A stretch of DNA of 64,000 nucleotides from an uncultured Gemmatimonadales bacterium (lineage in GTDB: Bacteria; Gemmatimonadota; Gemmatimonadetes; Gemmatimonadales; GWC2-71-9), in NCBI GenBank assembly GCA_963779755.1, contig CAVZZO010000001.1:1568001-1632000 (forward strand), in the 5' to 3' direction. The position numbers were made by a program, and so were the translations under genes. Shown here piece by piece: positions 1 through 8,971 of this stretch. The notes beneath the pieces were generated by a model. The model had not been told where the DNA came from and did no database searches. It saw only the letters and a program-made list of their open reading frames with translations. Every line of letters starts with the position of its first letter. Within the stretch, counting starts at the first letter, position 1.

Positions 1-237
1 GACCGGGGGCGGATCTGGTTCGTGGAAACGGGGCCCAGCCCCAACCGGCTGGTGGGGTTCGATCCGCGGCGGGAGCTCTTCTTCGGGAATACGCCGATTC
101 CCAGCGGCGCCGGGGCGGTACGGAATATGTTCTACGATGAGCGCACGGGGATGCTCTGGTTCGGCACCGACCTGAACACCGTGGGTCGCGCGGAGGTGCG
201 GGGCGTTCCCTCGACCGTCCCGCGTCCTCAGCCCTGA
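1..237 (+). CDS. Vgb/streptogramin lyase-like beta-propeller protein, C-terminal part (truncated by window start)
   Basis: Open frame from base 1: GRIWFVETG..PNRLVGFDP...MLWFGTD, the repeat style of Vgb-family propellers. Confidence 0.65.
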   Translation, partial: DRGRIWFVETGPSPNRLVGFDPRRELFFGNTPIPSGAGAVRNMFYDERTGMLWFGTDLNTVGRAEVRGVPSTVPRPQP

Positions 238-605
238 GCCGTCCCCAGGGCATCGAGCTGCCGTGCCAGCGCGCCCGTGGTGACGGCCCAGTGGGACGCG
301 TGCCATACCGGCCGGCCCCGCACCAGCAGGATGGCCTGGGGTGACTGGTGGCGGACCTTCAGCTCCTCGGCCAGGCGGCGCGCCAGCGGCCGCTCACTGA
401 TCACATCCAGCAGATAGACCGGGGTCGCCGGGTGCTCCTCCGCGAAGCGCAGCACCTGGCGCAGCGCACGCCCGCTGGTCATGCAGATGGGGCTGTGCTT
501 GTAGAGCACGCAGACGTCCTTTGCCAGTGCCTCGCGGACGGCGGGCTCGGTGCGTAGCGGTGTCAGGTTGCCCGGTTCGTCGCTCACTGCGTCCTCCAGA
601 GCCAT
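228..605 (-). CDS. ytxJ: YtxJ/BrxC-like (DUF2847) monothiol redox protein
   Basis: KHSPICMTS, YLLDVI and VRHQSPQAILL..G..VWHASH motifs; start moved to the ATG at 605. Confidence 0.8.
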   Translation of the reverse strand: MALEDAVSDEPGNLTPLRTEPAVREALAKDVCVLYKHSPICMTSGRALRQVLRFAEEHPATPVYLLDVISERPLARRLAEELKVRHQSPQAILLVRGRPVWHASHWAVTTGALARQLDALGTAQG

Positions 606-661
606 CGGCGGGTGCCGTGCGTCACGTCGCCCCCGTCCGGGGTGCGCGTAATGTACGGACC

Positions 662-1285
662 ATGCGCAAGGGTGTTCTGTTCTTCCTGGTGATGCTGGCC
701 GCCGCATCCTGCGGCCGGCCCGAAGCCGGCGGCCCGGCGGGCGCCGACAGTTCCGCCGCGGCGGAACCGGAGAGCGCCAGCGCCCCGGTACCCCCGGCCC
801 ACTCCGCGGTGGCGCCCGATACCGTGACGCTTACCCCCGCGTTCAGTTCCGCGGGCCTGCTGGCCCGGGCCGACCTGCTCAACCTGGAGGCTATGCGGAC
901 GGTGCGGTACGGGCTCGACCACATTCGCAACGAGATGATCCGTTCGCTTGCCTGGCGTCTGGCGGGAGACCACGCGGCCCTGCGGGATGAGTTCCGCCGC
1001 GTGGCCCGGGACGCCCGGGTGCGTACTAGTGTGGACCACAGGGCGGTGACCGTGCCGCCGGATGTGCTCCAGCGAGTGCGCGGCATCGAGGATGCTGCCC
1101 GGCAGAGCCGGGTATACCTGGACGAGCTGGATGCGCTCTACGCGGCCGATATCGGCGTTCTCCGCAGCGTGCTCATCCCGGCCGCCTACTCCAGCGATCT
1201 CCGGGATCTGCTGGGCCGCGATGCCGATATCCTGGCCGAGCACCGGCGGAAGGTGGACCGCCTGCGGGCGGCCCTCCCCCCCTGA
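662..1285 (+). CDS. Lipoprotein with a DUF4142-like helical domain
   Basis: Signal peptide with lipobox AASC, low-complexity linker, then NLEAMR..DHAAL..LAEHRR ferritin-like pattern. Confidence 0.55.
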   Translation: MRKGVLFFLVMLAAASCGRPEAGGPAGADSSAAAEPESASAPVPPAHSAVAPDTVTLTPAFSSAGLLARADLLNLEAMRTVRYGLDHIRNEMIRSLAWRLAGDHAALRDEFRRVARDARVRTSVDHRAVTVPPDVLQRVRGIEDAARQSRVYLDELDALYAADIGVLRSVLIPAAYSSDLRDLLGRDADILAEHRRKVDRLRAALPP

Positions 1286-1291
1286 CCGGCG

Positions 1292-1924
1292 TCAGCTGCC
1301 GCGCGTCGTCGCCTGCAGGTACGACAGAATCTGCCGGGTCTGCTCCGGGGTGGGCGGCGTCACCCGCATACGCTGCATGTTGGTTTCCATCCGGCGGAAC
1401 ACCGCCAGCCAGTCCTGCGACGCATGCACCCGCGGGTCGGGCAGGGCGTGGCAGCGGCTGCAGATCAGCGCGAAATCCTCGCGCCCTTCGCCGGCGGGGA
1501 GGTTGGCGCCGCTCACCTGCAGCGCGTGGTCCATCAGATACGAGAGGATAGCGGCACGCGCGCCCTGGTCCGGTACCGCGATGTTCAGGCTGGACGGCAA
1601 CATGTCCATCCGCAGCCACATCCGCCGCACCACGCCGGGCCAGTCGGTGGCGCTGTGCATGGTGGGTGCCGGAAGATTATGGCACTGGGCGCAATAGGTA
1701 GCGACCGCCTCGGCCCCGGTGCTGTGCGGGTCGGGCAGATCCGCGCCGGTGATGCCCGGCGGCGGGAGCGCGATCTTGGTGGCGGCGAGGAGGAGCTGGT
1801 CAGCGGGCGTCGCGGCGGTCTGCGTCGTGTCGCCGGCGTTCGTCGCCGCGGGATGTTCTTTGGGCTGGCAACCCGCCAGAAGGCAGGCACAGGCCAGAGT
1901 GCCGAGGATGTACCGCGACCGCAT
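1292..1924 (-). CDS. Diheme c-type cytochrome lipoprotein
   Basis: Lipobox LAGC; CAQCH and CSRCH in two internally repeated units; AGGA RBS. Confidence 0.85.
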   Translation of the reverse strand: MRSRYILGTLACACLLAGCQPKEHPAATNAGDTTQTAATPADQLLLAATKIALPPPGITGADLPDPHSTGAEAVATYCAQCHNLPAPTMHSATDWPGVVRRMWLRMDMLPSSLNIAVPDQGARAAILSYLMDHALQVSGANLPAGEGREDFALICSRCHALPDPRVHASQDWLAVFRRMETNMQRMRVTPPTPEQTRQILSYLQATTRGS

Positions 1925-2020
1925 GGGTCCTCCTGGAAGTGGCAGGGGCGTGGTCTCTTTGATAATGAATGGCCAATGAACCGGATCTGAAGGAAGTGTG
2001 AAGCGCGGCCGGGCGGCAGT

Positions 2021-2473
2021 TCAGCCGGGGCGGCCCCCCGCGCGCGCCTGCACCTGCTCTAGGAGTGTAATCAGGCCCGGGCCGATGCGCCGCAATTCGT
2101 CCTCATGGACGGCGCTCAGGGCGGCCAGCAGACGCTCGCCGCGCGCCGTCACCCGCAGCTGCACCCGCCTCCGGTCCTGGCGGTCGGCGCGCCGGCGCAG
2201 CAGCCCACGCCCCTCGAGTCGCTGCACCAGGCCTACCGCGCTGTGATGCCGGATCTGCAGTTGCTCGGCGAGATCGCCGATCGTCACGGCCGTGCCGGTG
2301 GGCGCTCCGCGAACCGCCAGCAGCGCCTGGTGCTGACGGGGACTCACGCCATGCGCCCGGGCCGCCTCCTCACTGAAGCGGAGGAACCGCCGCAGCGTAT
2401 GGCGCAGCCCCGCCAGGGTGCGGTACTCGCCGGGCCGGAGCCCGGGGCCGGGGGAGCTTCCTTTATATCGCAT
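2021..2473 (-). CDS. MarR family transcriptional regulator
   Basis: QHQALLAV, TIGDLAEQL..HHSAVGLVQRL, DRR.V.L..T..G winged-helix pattern. Confidence 0.9.
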   Translation of the reverse strand: MRYKGSSPGPGLRPGEYRTLAGLRHTLRRFLRFSEEAARAHGVSPRQHQALLAVRGAPTGTAVTIGDLAEQLQIRHHSAVGLVQRLEGRGLLRRRADRQDRRRVQLRVTARGERLLAALSAVHEDELRRIGPGLITLLEQVQARAGGRPG

Positions 2474-2484
2474 TACGATATAAA
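2462..2484. promoter_or_regulatory. Palindromic operator between divergent marR and clc genes
   Basis: Perfect inverted repeat TTTATATCG-CATTA-CGATATAAA, an AT-rich island in GC-rich DNA. Confidence 0.75.
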
Positions 2485-4296
2485 ATGTCGCCCATGTCGC
2501 CCGGACGCCACCCGCCCGCCCCGGCCGGTTCCCCGGAACTGCTGCGCCTCACCGTCATCGCCGCCGGTGTCGGCATCGGTTGCGGGGCAACGGCGTGGCT
2601 GCTGTACCGCCTCATCGGCCTGCTCTCCAACCTGGTCTTCTTCCAGCGCATCGCCTTCGATATTCCCGCGGTACAGCATCATCACCTCGGGGCGCTGGTC
2701 GTCGTCGTCCCCGCCCTGGGCGGCCTGGTAGTGGGCCTGATGGCGCGGTTCGGCAGCGACCGGATCCGCGGCCACGGCATTCCCGAGGCCATGGAGTCGG
2801 TGCTGTTCCAGCGCAGCCGGATCGCCCCCCGGGTCGCGCTGCTCAAGCCCATATCCGCCGCGATCGCCATCGGCACCGGGGGGCCCTTCGGGGCCGAGGG
2901 GCCGATCATCCAGACCGGTGGCGCCCTGGGCTCGGTGGTGGGCCAGACCATCCGGACCACCGCGGCGGAGCGAAAGGTGCTGCTGGCCTGCGGCGCCGCT
3001 GCCGGCATGGCGGCAACCTTCAGTACGCCGATCGCGGCGGTGATCCTTGCCCTGGAGCTGCTGCTGTTCGAATTCAAGGCCCGTTCCTTCATTCCCCTGG
3101 TTGTGGCCACCACGCTGGCCACCGCCATCCGTTTCGTTCTCATGGGCCCCGGTCCCATGTTTCAGGTGGCGCCGGCCGACTTCCGGATCTGGCATGCGCT
3201 GCCGGGCTATATCGTTCTCGGCCTCCTCTGCGGGTTGCTCGCGGTGGGATTCACCCGGATGTTCTACCGGGTCGAAGACTGGTTCGAGCGCCTGCCGCTG
3301 GACCGCACCTGGTGGCCCGCGATCGGCGGGCTGGGGCTGGGCCTCATCGCCCTGCTGGTCCCCCGGGTCCTGGGTGTCGGTTACGACACGATCTCCGACA
3401 TCCTGAATGCGCGGCTGGCGGTGCTGACCCTCCTGGGGATCCTGATCTTCAAGAGCCTGGCGCTCATGGTGTCGCTGGGCTCGGGGACCTCGGGCGGCCT
3501 GCTGGCACCGATGTTCATGGTTGGTGCGGCGCTGGGTGGTCTGTTCGCGGTGGGCACGAACGCCCTGATTCCGGGGGCGCATCTCGACCCGGGGGCCTGC
3601 GCCCTGGTGGCGATGGCCGCGGTCTTCGGTGCCGCGGCGCGGGCTACGTTCACCTTCATCATTTTCGGCTTCGAACTGACCCGCGACTACAACGCCATCC
3701 TTCCCCTGATGCTGGTCTGCGTCATTGCGGACGGCCTCGCGCTGCTCCTGATGCGCAACTCCATCATGACCGAGAAGCTTGCGCGCCGGGGCCTGGTGGT
3801 GAACCAGGAGTTCGAGACCGATGCTTTCCAGAACGTGCTGGTCTCGGAGGTCATGGACCGGGAGCTTCCGGCCGTGCCCGGCACGCTCCGCGTGGCCGAG
3901 CTGGTGGAGGCCATGGTGAGAGGGGACGCCGGCCCGGGGCGCGCCTCCGCCCAGCTGGTGCTGCAGCCCGACGGTTCCCTTGCCGGGATCGTGACCCGGT
4001 CGGATCTCCTGGCAGCGCTGGAGGAGGCACCCGCCGGCGATCCCACGGTGCAGGAGGCGGCAACGCGTGAGCTGGTGGTCGCCTGGCCCGACGAACGACT
4101 CAGTGAAGCGCTGACCCGGATGCTGCAACACGACGTCGGGCGGCTCCCGGTCGTGAGCCGGGAGGATCCCTCGCGGCCGGTGGGCTACCTTGGCCGCGCG
4201 GCCGTGCTGCGCGCCCGGCTGCAGCGCTACGAGGAAGAGCACATCCGGGATCACGGTTGGCTGACGTCCTGGCGGACGGGGGCGCAGCCGGGGTAG
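2485..4296 (+). CDS. CLC family chloride channel/transporter with C-terminal CBS pair
   Basis: GHGIPE, GAEGP, GGLLAP motifs, many TM helices, CBS domains (GIVTRSDLL; VGRLPVV). Confidence 0.92.
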   Translation: MSPMSPGRHPPAPAGSPELLRLTVIAAGVGIGCGATAWLLYRLIGLLSNLVFFQRIAFDIPAVQHHHLGALVVVVPALGGLVVGLMARFGSDRIRGHGIPEAMESVLFQRSRIAPRVALLKPISAAIAIGTGGPFGAEGPIIQTGGALGSVVGQTIRTTAAERKVLLACGAAAGMAATFSTPIAAVILALELLLFEFKARSFIPLVVATTLATAIRFVLMGPGPMFQVAPADFRIWHALPGYIVLGLLCGLLAVGFTRMFYRVEDWFERLPLDRTWWPAIGGLGLGLIALLVPRVLGVGYDTISDILNARLAVLTLLGILIFKSLALMVSLGSGTSGGLLAPMFMVGAALGGLFAVGTNALIPGAHLDPGACALVAMAAVFGAAARATFTFIIFGFELTRDYNAILPLMLVCVIADGLALLLMRNSIMTEKLARRGLVVNQEFETDAFQNVLVSEVMDRELPAVPGTLRVAELVEAMVRGDAGPGRASAQLVLQPDGSLAGIVTRSDLLAALEEAPAGDPTVQEAATRELVVAWPDERLSEALTRMLQHDVGRLPVVSREDPSRPVGYLGRAAVLRARLQRYEEEHIRDHGWLTSWRTGAQPG

Positions 4297-4376
4297 CGGT
4301 GACGGTGCCTGCGCCGCGAACTTTGCAGTAGATTAGGCCTTCCGAAGCTGCCGGGGAGTCCTCCTCCAGAAGCGGA

Positions 4377-5597
4377 GTGGGCATGACTGCTGGCTCAACC
4401 GCTGCCCTCGCGCCCCCGCGGTCGGGGCGGCAGAGCGCACCCGAACCCGCGCCGCCGGTGCAGGACTGGCCCGGCCCCGATGGGGTGCTGCCCGGGGGCC
4501 ACCGGCTGCTCTCCCTGGATGCGTTCCGCGGCCTCACGATTGCCGCGATGATCCTGGTGAACAACCCCGGCGACTGGGGAAATATCTACCCTCCGCTGGA
4601 GCATGCCGCCTGGAACGGCTGGACTCCCACCGACCTGATTTTCCCCTTCTTCATTTTCATCATGGGCGCGGCCATTCCCTATGCGCTCGGACGCCGGATG
4701 GAGCAGGGGGTGCTGCGCCGCCAACTGGTCACCAAGATCGTGGTCCGGGCCATCGTGCTGTTCGCCCTGGGCCTGGTGCTCAACACCTTTCCCGGGTTCG
4801 ACCTGAGCGGCATCCGGATCATGGGCGTGCTGCAGCGGATCGCGCTGGTCTATCTGGCCACCGGCCTGCTGTACATCTCGACGGGCGCGCGGCTCCAGGC
4901 GGTGCTCGCCGGGGTCCTCCTGGCCGGCTACTGGGCCCTGCTCCTGTTCGTGCCCGTGCCGGGTCACGGCGCGGGCGTTCTCGCGCGGGACGGCAACCTG
5001 AACCAGTATATCGATCTGCTCGTCCTGCGGGGACATACCTGGCTGCCCGACTGGGATCCCGAAGGCTTTGTCAGCACGCTTCCGGCCATCGTCTCCTGTC
5101 TCCTCGGCGTCATGGCCGGACGCTGGCTCCGCCGCGACCGGCGGGCCGGCGAGAAGGCCGCCGGGCTGCTCGTCTGGGGCCTGGTGGCGGTGGCGGCCGG
5201 ACTGGTGTGGAACCACTGGTTCCCCATCAACAAGAATCTGTGGAGCAGCTCCTTCGTGGTCTTCACCACCGGCGCCGCTCTGCTGGTGCTGGGACTCTGC
5301 TACTGGCTGATCGATGTGCGGGCGCGCGTGGCCTGGGCCTGGCCGTTTTTTGTCTTCGGGGCCAATGCGATTCTGGTCTATGTGGTCTCCGGCCTGGTGG
5401 GCCGGGTGCTGATCCACTGGGAGGTGCCGGCCCCGGCCGGGGGAACCATGGCGCTCCGGACCTGGCTGTACCAGCAGACCTTTGCCTGGTGGCTCAGCCC
5501 GGTCAACGCCTCGCTCGCCTGGGCCATCGCGTGGACGCTGCTGTGGCTGGGCCTGATGGCGGTGGCGTACCGGAGGCGGTGGTTTGTGAGGATCTAG
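4377..5597 (+). CDS. Heparan-alpha-glucosaminide N-acetyltransferase-like membrane acyltransferase
   Basis: SLDAFRG, MILVNNPG, HAAWNG.T.TDLIFPFF, GVLQRIA, DPEG, PINKNLWSSS. Confidence 0.9.
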   Translation: MGMTAGSTAALAPPRSGRQSAPEPAPPVQDWPGPDGVLPGGHRLLSLDAFRGLTIAAMILVNNPGDWGNIYPPLEHAAWNGWTPTDLIFPFFIFIMGAAIPYALGRRMEQGVLRRQLVTKIVVRAIVLFALGLVLNTFPGFDLSGIRIMGVLQRIALVYLATGLLYISTGARLQAVLAGVLLAGYWALLLFVPVPGHGAGVLARDGNLNQYIDLLVLRGHTWLPDWDPEGFVSTLPAIVSCLLGVMAGRWLRRDRRAGEKAAGLLVWGLVAVAAGLVWNHWFPINKNLWSSSFVVFTTGAALLVLGLCYWLIDVRARVAWAWPFFVFGANAILVYVVSGLVGRVLIHWEVPAPAGGTMALRTWLYQQTFAWWLSPVNASLAWAIAWTLLWLGLMAVAYRRRWFVRI

Positions 5598-5679
5598 TCG
5601 TTAGTCATTAGTCATTAGTCATTAGTCACTAACGACTAACGACTAACGACTAACGTCTAACGACTAGCGACTAACGACT
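5595..5679. repeat. Inverted heptamer tandem-repeat hairpin between convergent genes
   Basis: About 5 x TAGTCRT followed by 7 x CTAACGA-like units (the reverse-complement sense). Confidence 0.85.
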
Positions 5680-6837
5680 CTAGAACGCCACCAGCCCCGC
5701 CCCGCCCACCGGCAGGCCGTCCGCCCCGCCGGACTGCTTCAGCAAGCCATCCTGCCGAATCCGGAAGCCGCTGATGCTCGCGGTGCCGCTGTTCAGCACA
5801 TAGAGGAACCGGTCGCCCCGGCTCACCGCCGCGTCGATCGGCGCCGTCCCCACGCCGGTCACCCCGCTCACGCCGTCGGGCGAGAGCAGCGACAGCTCGC
5901 CGTCATGGCTCACCCGGAAGCCGGTGACATTACCGCTCCCGGTGTTGGTCCCGTAGGCATACCGCCTCGAGTGCGTGGTCGCGATCCAGCAGATTGCCGT
6001 CTGGCCGGTCGCCAGCGAGGCGGTCGCCGGGACCAGCGAGCCGTCACTGCCTACGATGTAGGAGGAGGCGGTGCTGGCGCCCGGCATCCCGCCGGCCGCT
6101 TCGGAGACGATGAGCGCGTCCGGGCCGCCAAAGGAGAACCCGAACGGCGTGAGACCGCTGGAGGCATTGACCACCGGCGCGCCGGGCAGGCCGTTCACCT
6201 CCACCGGGAAGAGATCGATACGGCCGGTTCCCTTCTCGGTCACGGTAAGGAAGTGGCCGCCGGGTGTGAAGGCGACTTCCGCCGGCCCGACCCCGGGCGC
6301 GCTCAGCGGCACGGTTGAACCGGCCAGGGGGGTCAGCGACCCGTCGCCGCCGATGGCGAATCCCGAGACATTTCCGTCGCCCCCGGCGTTCAGCACATAG
6401 AGCAGCCTGCCGGAGACTGTCAGGCTGATCGGCATCGTGCCGCCGGAGCCGATGGTCTGCAGCAGCCTGGGGCCGCCCTCTCCCACGAGGGTAAACACGC
6501 TGATGTCGTTACTGCCGGCGTTGACGGCGTAAAGGGCACGGTGATCGCCACGGCCCACCAGGGCGCCCTGACTGCCCAGGCCGGCGCCGGTGCCGTTCCC
6601 GCCGGTGTCGAAGGCCCGCGGCCCCCCGAGCGAGCCGTCGGCCTGACGGCGGAAGACCAGCAGCTCGTTGCCGCCCTGGGCGTTCGACAGGGTGGCCACG
6701 AAGCCGGGATGGCCGGCGACGCTCAACGCCGGAGAGGCCGCCCGGGATGCCGATGGATCGGTGACGCCGGACTGATCACTACATGCGGCCACCGCCGCCA
6801 TGGCAAGGAAGGTGAGCGACAGCTGGCAGAGCTTCAT
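5680..6837 (-). CDS. Lactonase-family (6-phosphogluconolactonase-like) beta-propeller lipoprotein
   Basis: GGAGGT RBS before ATG 6837; lipobox VAAC; repeated LY(A/V)(V/L)N(A/S)G blades. Confidence 0.82.
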   Translation of the reverse strand: MKLCQLSLTFLAMAAVAACSDQSGVTDPSASRAASPALSVAGHPGFVATLSNAQGGNELLVFRRQADGSLGGPRAFDTGGNGTGAGLGSQGALVGRGDHRALYAVNAGSNDISVFTLVGEGGPRLLQTIGSGGTMPISLTVSGRLLYVLNAGGDGNVSGFAIGGDGSLTPLAGSTVPLSAPGVGPAEVAFTPGGHFLTVTEKGTGRIDLFPVEVNGLPGAPVVNASSGLTPFGFSFGGPDALIVSEAAGGMPGASTASSYIVGSDGSLVPATASLATGQTAICWIATTHSRRYAYGTNTGSGNVTGFRVSHDGELSLLSPDGVSGVTGVGTAPIDAAVSRGDRFLYVLNSGTASISGFRIRQDGLLKQSGGADGLPVGGAGLVAF

Positions 6838-6869
6838 GAGATACCTCCGGAGGAAAGAGTCTGTGGAGG

Positions 6870-6897
6870 TAGACGAAATCATCGCGGGATCGGTTCT
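6870..6897 (-). promoter_or_regulatory. Possible ECF-sigma promoter of the lactonase gene
   Basis: Minus strand GAACC-N16-CGTCTA about 33 bp before the start codon. Confidence 0.35.
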
Positions 6898-6951
6898 TTC
6901 CGTGACCGGCGGCCGATTCCGGCGGCGCCGCGCGAGGGATAAATTCCCTGC

Positions 6952-8568
6952 ATGCTGATGACTGTCCTGGCCGCGGTCGCGCTGGGGGCGGCGCTCACCG
7001 CGGGGCCGCCCGCGCCCCGGCCCCGGCTGGTGGTCCTGGTGGTGGTGGATCAGATGCGGGGCGACTATCTGCAGCGTTACCGCGCGCAGTGGGCCGGCGG
7101 GTTCCGCCGCCTGCTGGAGCAGGGCGCGGTCTTCACCGACGGCCGCCAGGAGCACGCCATCACCGAAACGGCGCCGGGCCATTCCACGCTGCTCTCGGGC
7201 CGCTCACCGGCCAGCACCGGCATCGTCACCAACGCCACCGGCGTGGGCGATCCCGCCAGCCTGCTGCTGCAGGCCACCGGGCCCGGCGCTTCACCCTGGC
7301 GCTTCCGCGGCTCCACGCTCTACGACTGGTTGCGCTCGGCCGACTCAACCACGCGGGTGCTCAGCGTCTCCCGCAAGGACCGCGGCGCCATCCTTCCGGT
7401 TGGGCGGGCCGACGGTCAGGTCTACTGGTGGTCCCACGGGATGTTCACCACCAGCCGCTACTATCGCGATACGCTGCCCTCCTGGGTGAAGGCCTGGGAC
7501 AACCGGCCCGGCCCCCGCCGGCTGGAAGGTGCGATCTGGCGCCTGCTCCAGCCCGCCGCGCAGTACAGCGAGCCGGACTCCATGCCCTACGAGCACAACG
7601 GCGAGGACTACGCCTTCCCCCACCGGCTGCCGGCCGACAGCACGATCCTGTCCCGGATCGTCGACTATCCCTGGATGGATTCGCTGACGCTGGATCTGGC
7701 CCTGGAGGGCACCGGAAAGCTGCACCTCGGCGCCGGCCCCACCCCCGACCTCCTGGTGGTCTCGCTCTCCACCACCGACGCAGTGGGCCATGCCTACGGC
7801 CCCGATTCCCGCGAGATCCACGACCAGCTCCTCCGGCTGGATCACTGGCTCGGCTGGTTCCTGGACTCGCTGGCCACCCTGGTCCCGCCGGGCCGCACGG
7901 TCCTGGCACTTACTGCCGATCACGGCGTGCAGCCGTTCCCCGAGTGGGCCATTTCGGCGGGGTCCGCCCGGACCGATACGGCGGGGATGGCGGGCTACAC
8001 CGATCGCTATGCCGTGGGCCAGGCGGGCCGGGTCTGGCTCGGCGGCCTGGCCGTGCAGCTCGACCGCCTGTTCCGCGCGCGCTACAACGTGGATTTTCAT
8101 TTCGGGTTCGACAGCGGCCTCCTCACCGCCGATGTAGCGGCCCTGCGTGCCCGCGGAGTCGATACGGACAGCCTGGCAGGCGCGGTGGCGGCGGAGGTCC
8201 TTGCCCGGCCCGGCATCGCGCGGGTATTCACGCCGCAGTCGCTGGCAGCCGCGCCCGGCAGCGACCGCGAGGCCTTCTACTGGCGCGAAACGCTGCCCCC
8301 CGCCCTTGGCTGGCTGATCTGCGCCAGCACCCGTCCCGGCTGGACCTGGCAGTCTTCCGGTGGCTGGGCCACGCATGGGACTACCAACCCGGCCGACATG
8401 CACGTGCCCATGGTCTTCTGGGGCGCCGGGGTGAAGCGCGGGATCTATCGCGAACCGGTACGCACCGTGGACATCGGGCCGACGCTGGCGAGACTGGCCG
8501 GGGTGCGGCCAACCGAGCCGGTGGAGGGGCGGGTGCTGGAAGACGCGGTGGAGCTCCCGGCCCCGTGA
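6952..8568 (+). CDS. Alkaline phosphatase superfamily protein (PafA-like)
   Basis: VVDQMR, TETAPGHST (Thr nucleophile), SRKDRGAI, D.VGH.YGP, TADHG, THG. Confidence 0.9.
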   Translation: MLMTVLAAVALGAALTAGPPAPRPRLVVLVVVDQMRGDYLQRYRAQWAGGFRRLLEQGAVFTDGRQEHAITETAPGHSTLLSGRSPASTGIVTNATGVGDPASLLLQATGPGASPWRFRGSTLYDWLRSADSTTRVLSVSRKDRGAILPVGRADGQVYWWSHGMFTTSRYYRDTLPSWVKAWDNRPGPRRLEGAIWRLLQPAAQYSEPDSMPYEHNGEDYAFPHRLPADSTILSRIVDYPWMDSLTLDLALEGTGKLHLGAGPTPDLLVVSLSTTDAVGHAYGPDSREIHDQLLRLDHWLGWFLDSLATLVPPGRTVLALTADHGVQPFPEWAISAGSARTDTAGMAGYTDRYAVGQAGRVWLGGLAVQLDRLFRARYNVDFHFGFDSGLLTADVAALRARGVDTDSLAGAVAAEVLARPGIARVFTPQSLAAAPGSDREAFYWRETLPPALGWLICASTRPGWTWQSSGGWATHGTTNPADMHVPMVFWGAGVKRGIYREPVRTVDIGPTLARLAGVRPTEPVEGRVLEDAVELPAP

Positions 8569-8897
8569 GATTCCCCTCGCTCCCCTGCTATCCCTGTCCC
8601 CACCAGTCCGCCTGTTGTGCCTACGGTACCACCCTGGACGACGACGAGGCGGAACGGATCGGCCAACGGGAGGGATGGGATCGGATTTACCGCACCCGGT
8701 GGGGTGAGTGGCGCACGCGAGTACGCGGCGGCCGGTGTACTTTTCTGCAGAACAACGCCTGCACCCTCCACGAGACCGATATGTACCCTGCCGTCTGCCG
8801 CGGGTTTCCCTGGACCGACGCCGAGACGGGCGGTCCCTATGAGTATGACCGGACGATCTGCCCGGAGTTTCTCGAGCGGCAGGATCTGAGAAGCTAG
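8565..8897 (+). CDS. YkgJ-family cysteine-cluster (CxxC..CC) protein
   Basis: GTGA overlap with upstream stop; CYPC..SACC, CTFL...CTLH...P.VCRGFP, CP. Confidence 0.78.
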   Translation: MRFPSLPCYPCPHQSACCAYGTTLDDDEAERIGQREGWDRIYRTRWGEWRTRVRGGRCTFLQNNACTLHETDMYPAVCRGFPWTDAETGGPYEYDRTICPEFLERQDLRS

Positions 8898-8971
8898 GAG
8901 TCGGGAGTCAGGGCCCTTCCGTCTCCACACCCCGTCGCGGTACGGATCAACCCCAGGCCCCGGAACTCATC

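Noticed and set aside
228..605. Evidence for bacillithiol biosynthesis
   Set aside because: A YtxJ-like gene alone is insufficient; no bshA/B/C in the window
2485..4296. Fluoride-specific CLC-F exporter
   Set aside because: Lacks GNNLI/GMGLI and GREGT motifs, and no fluoride riboswitch is visible
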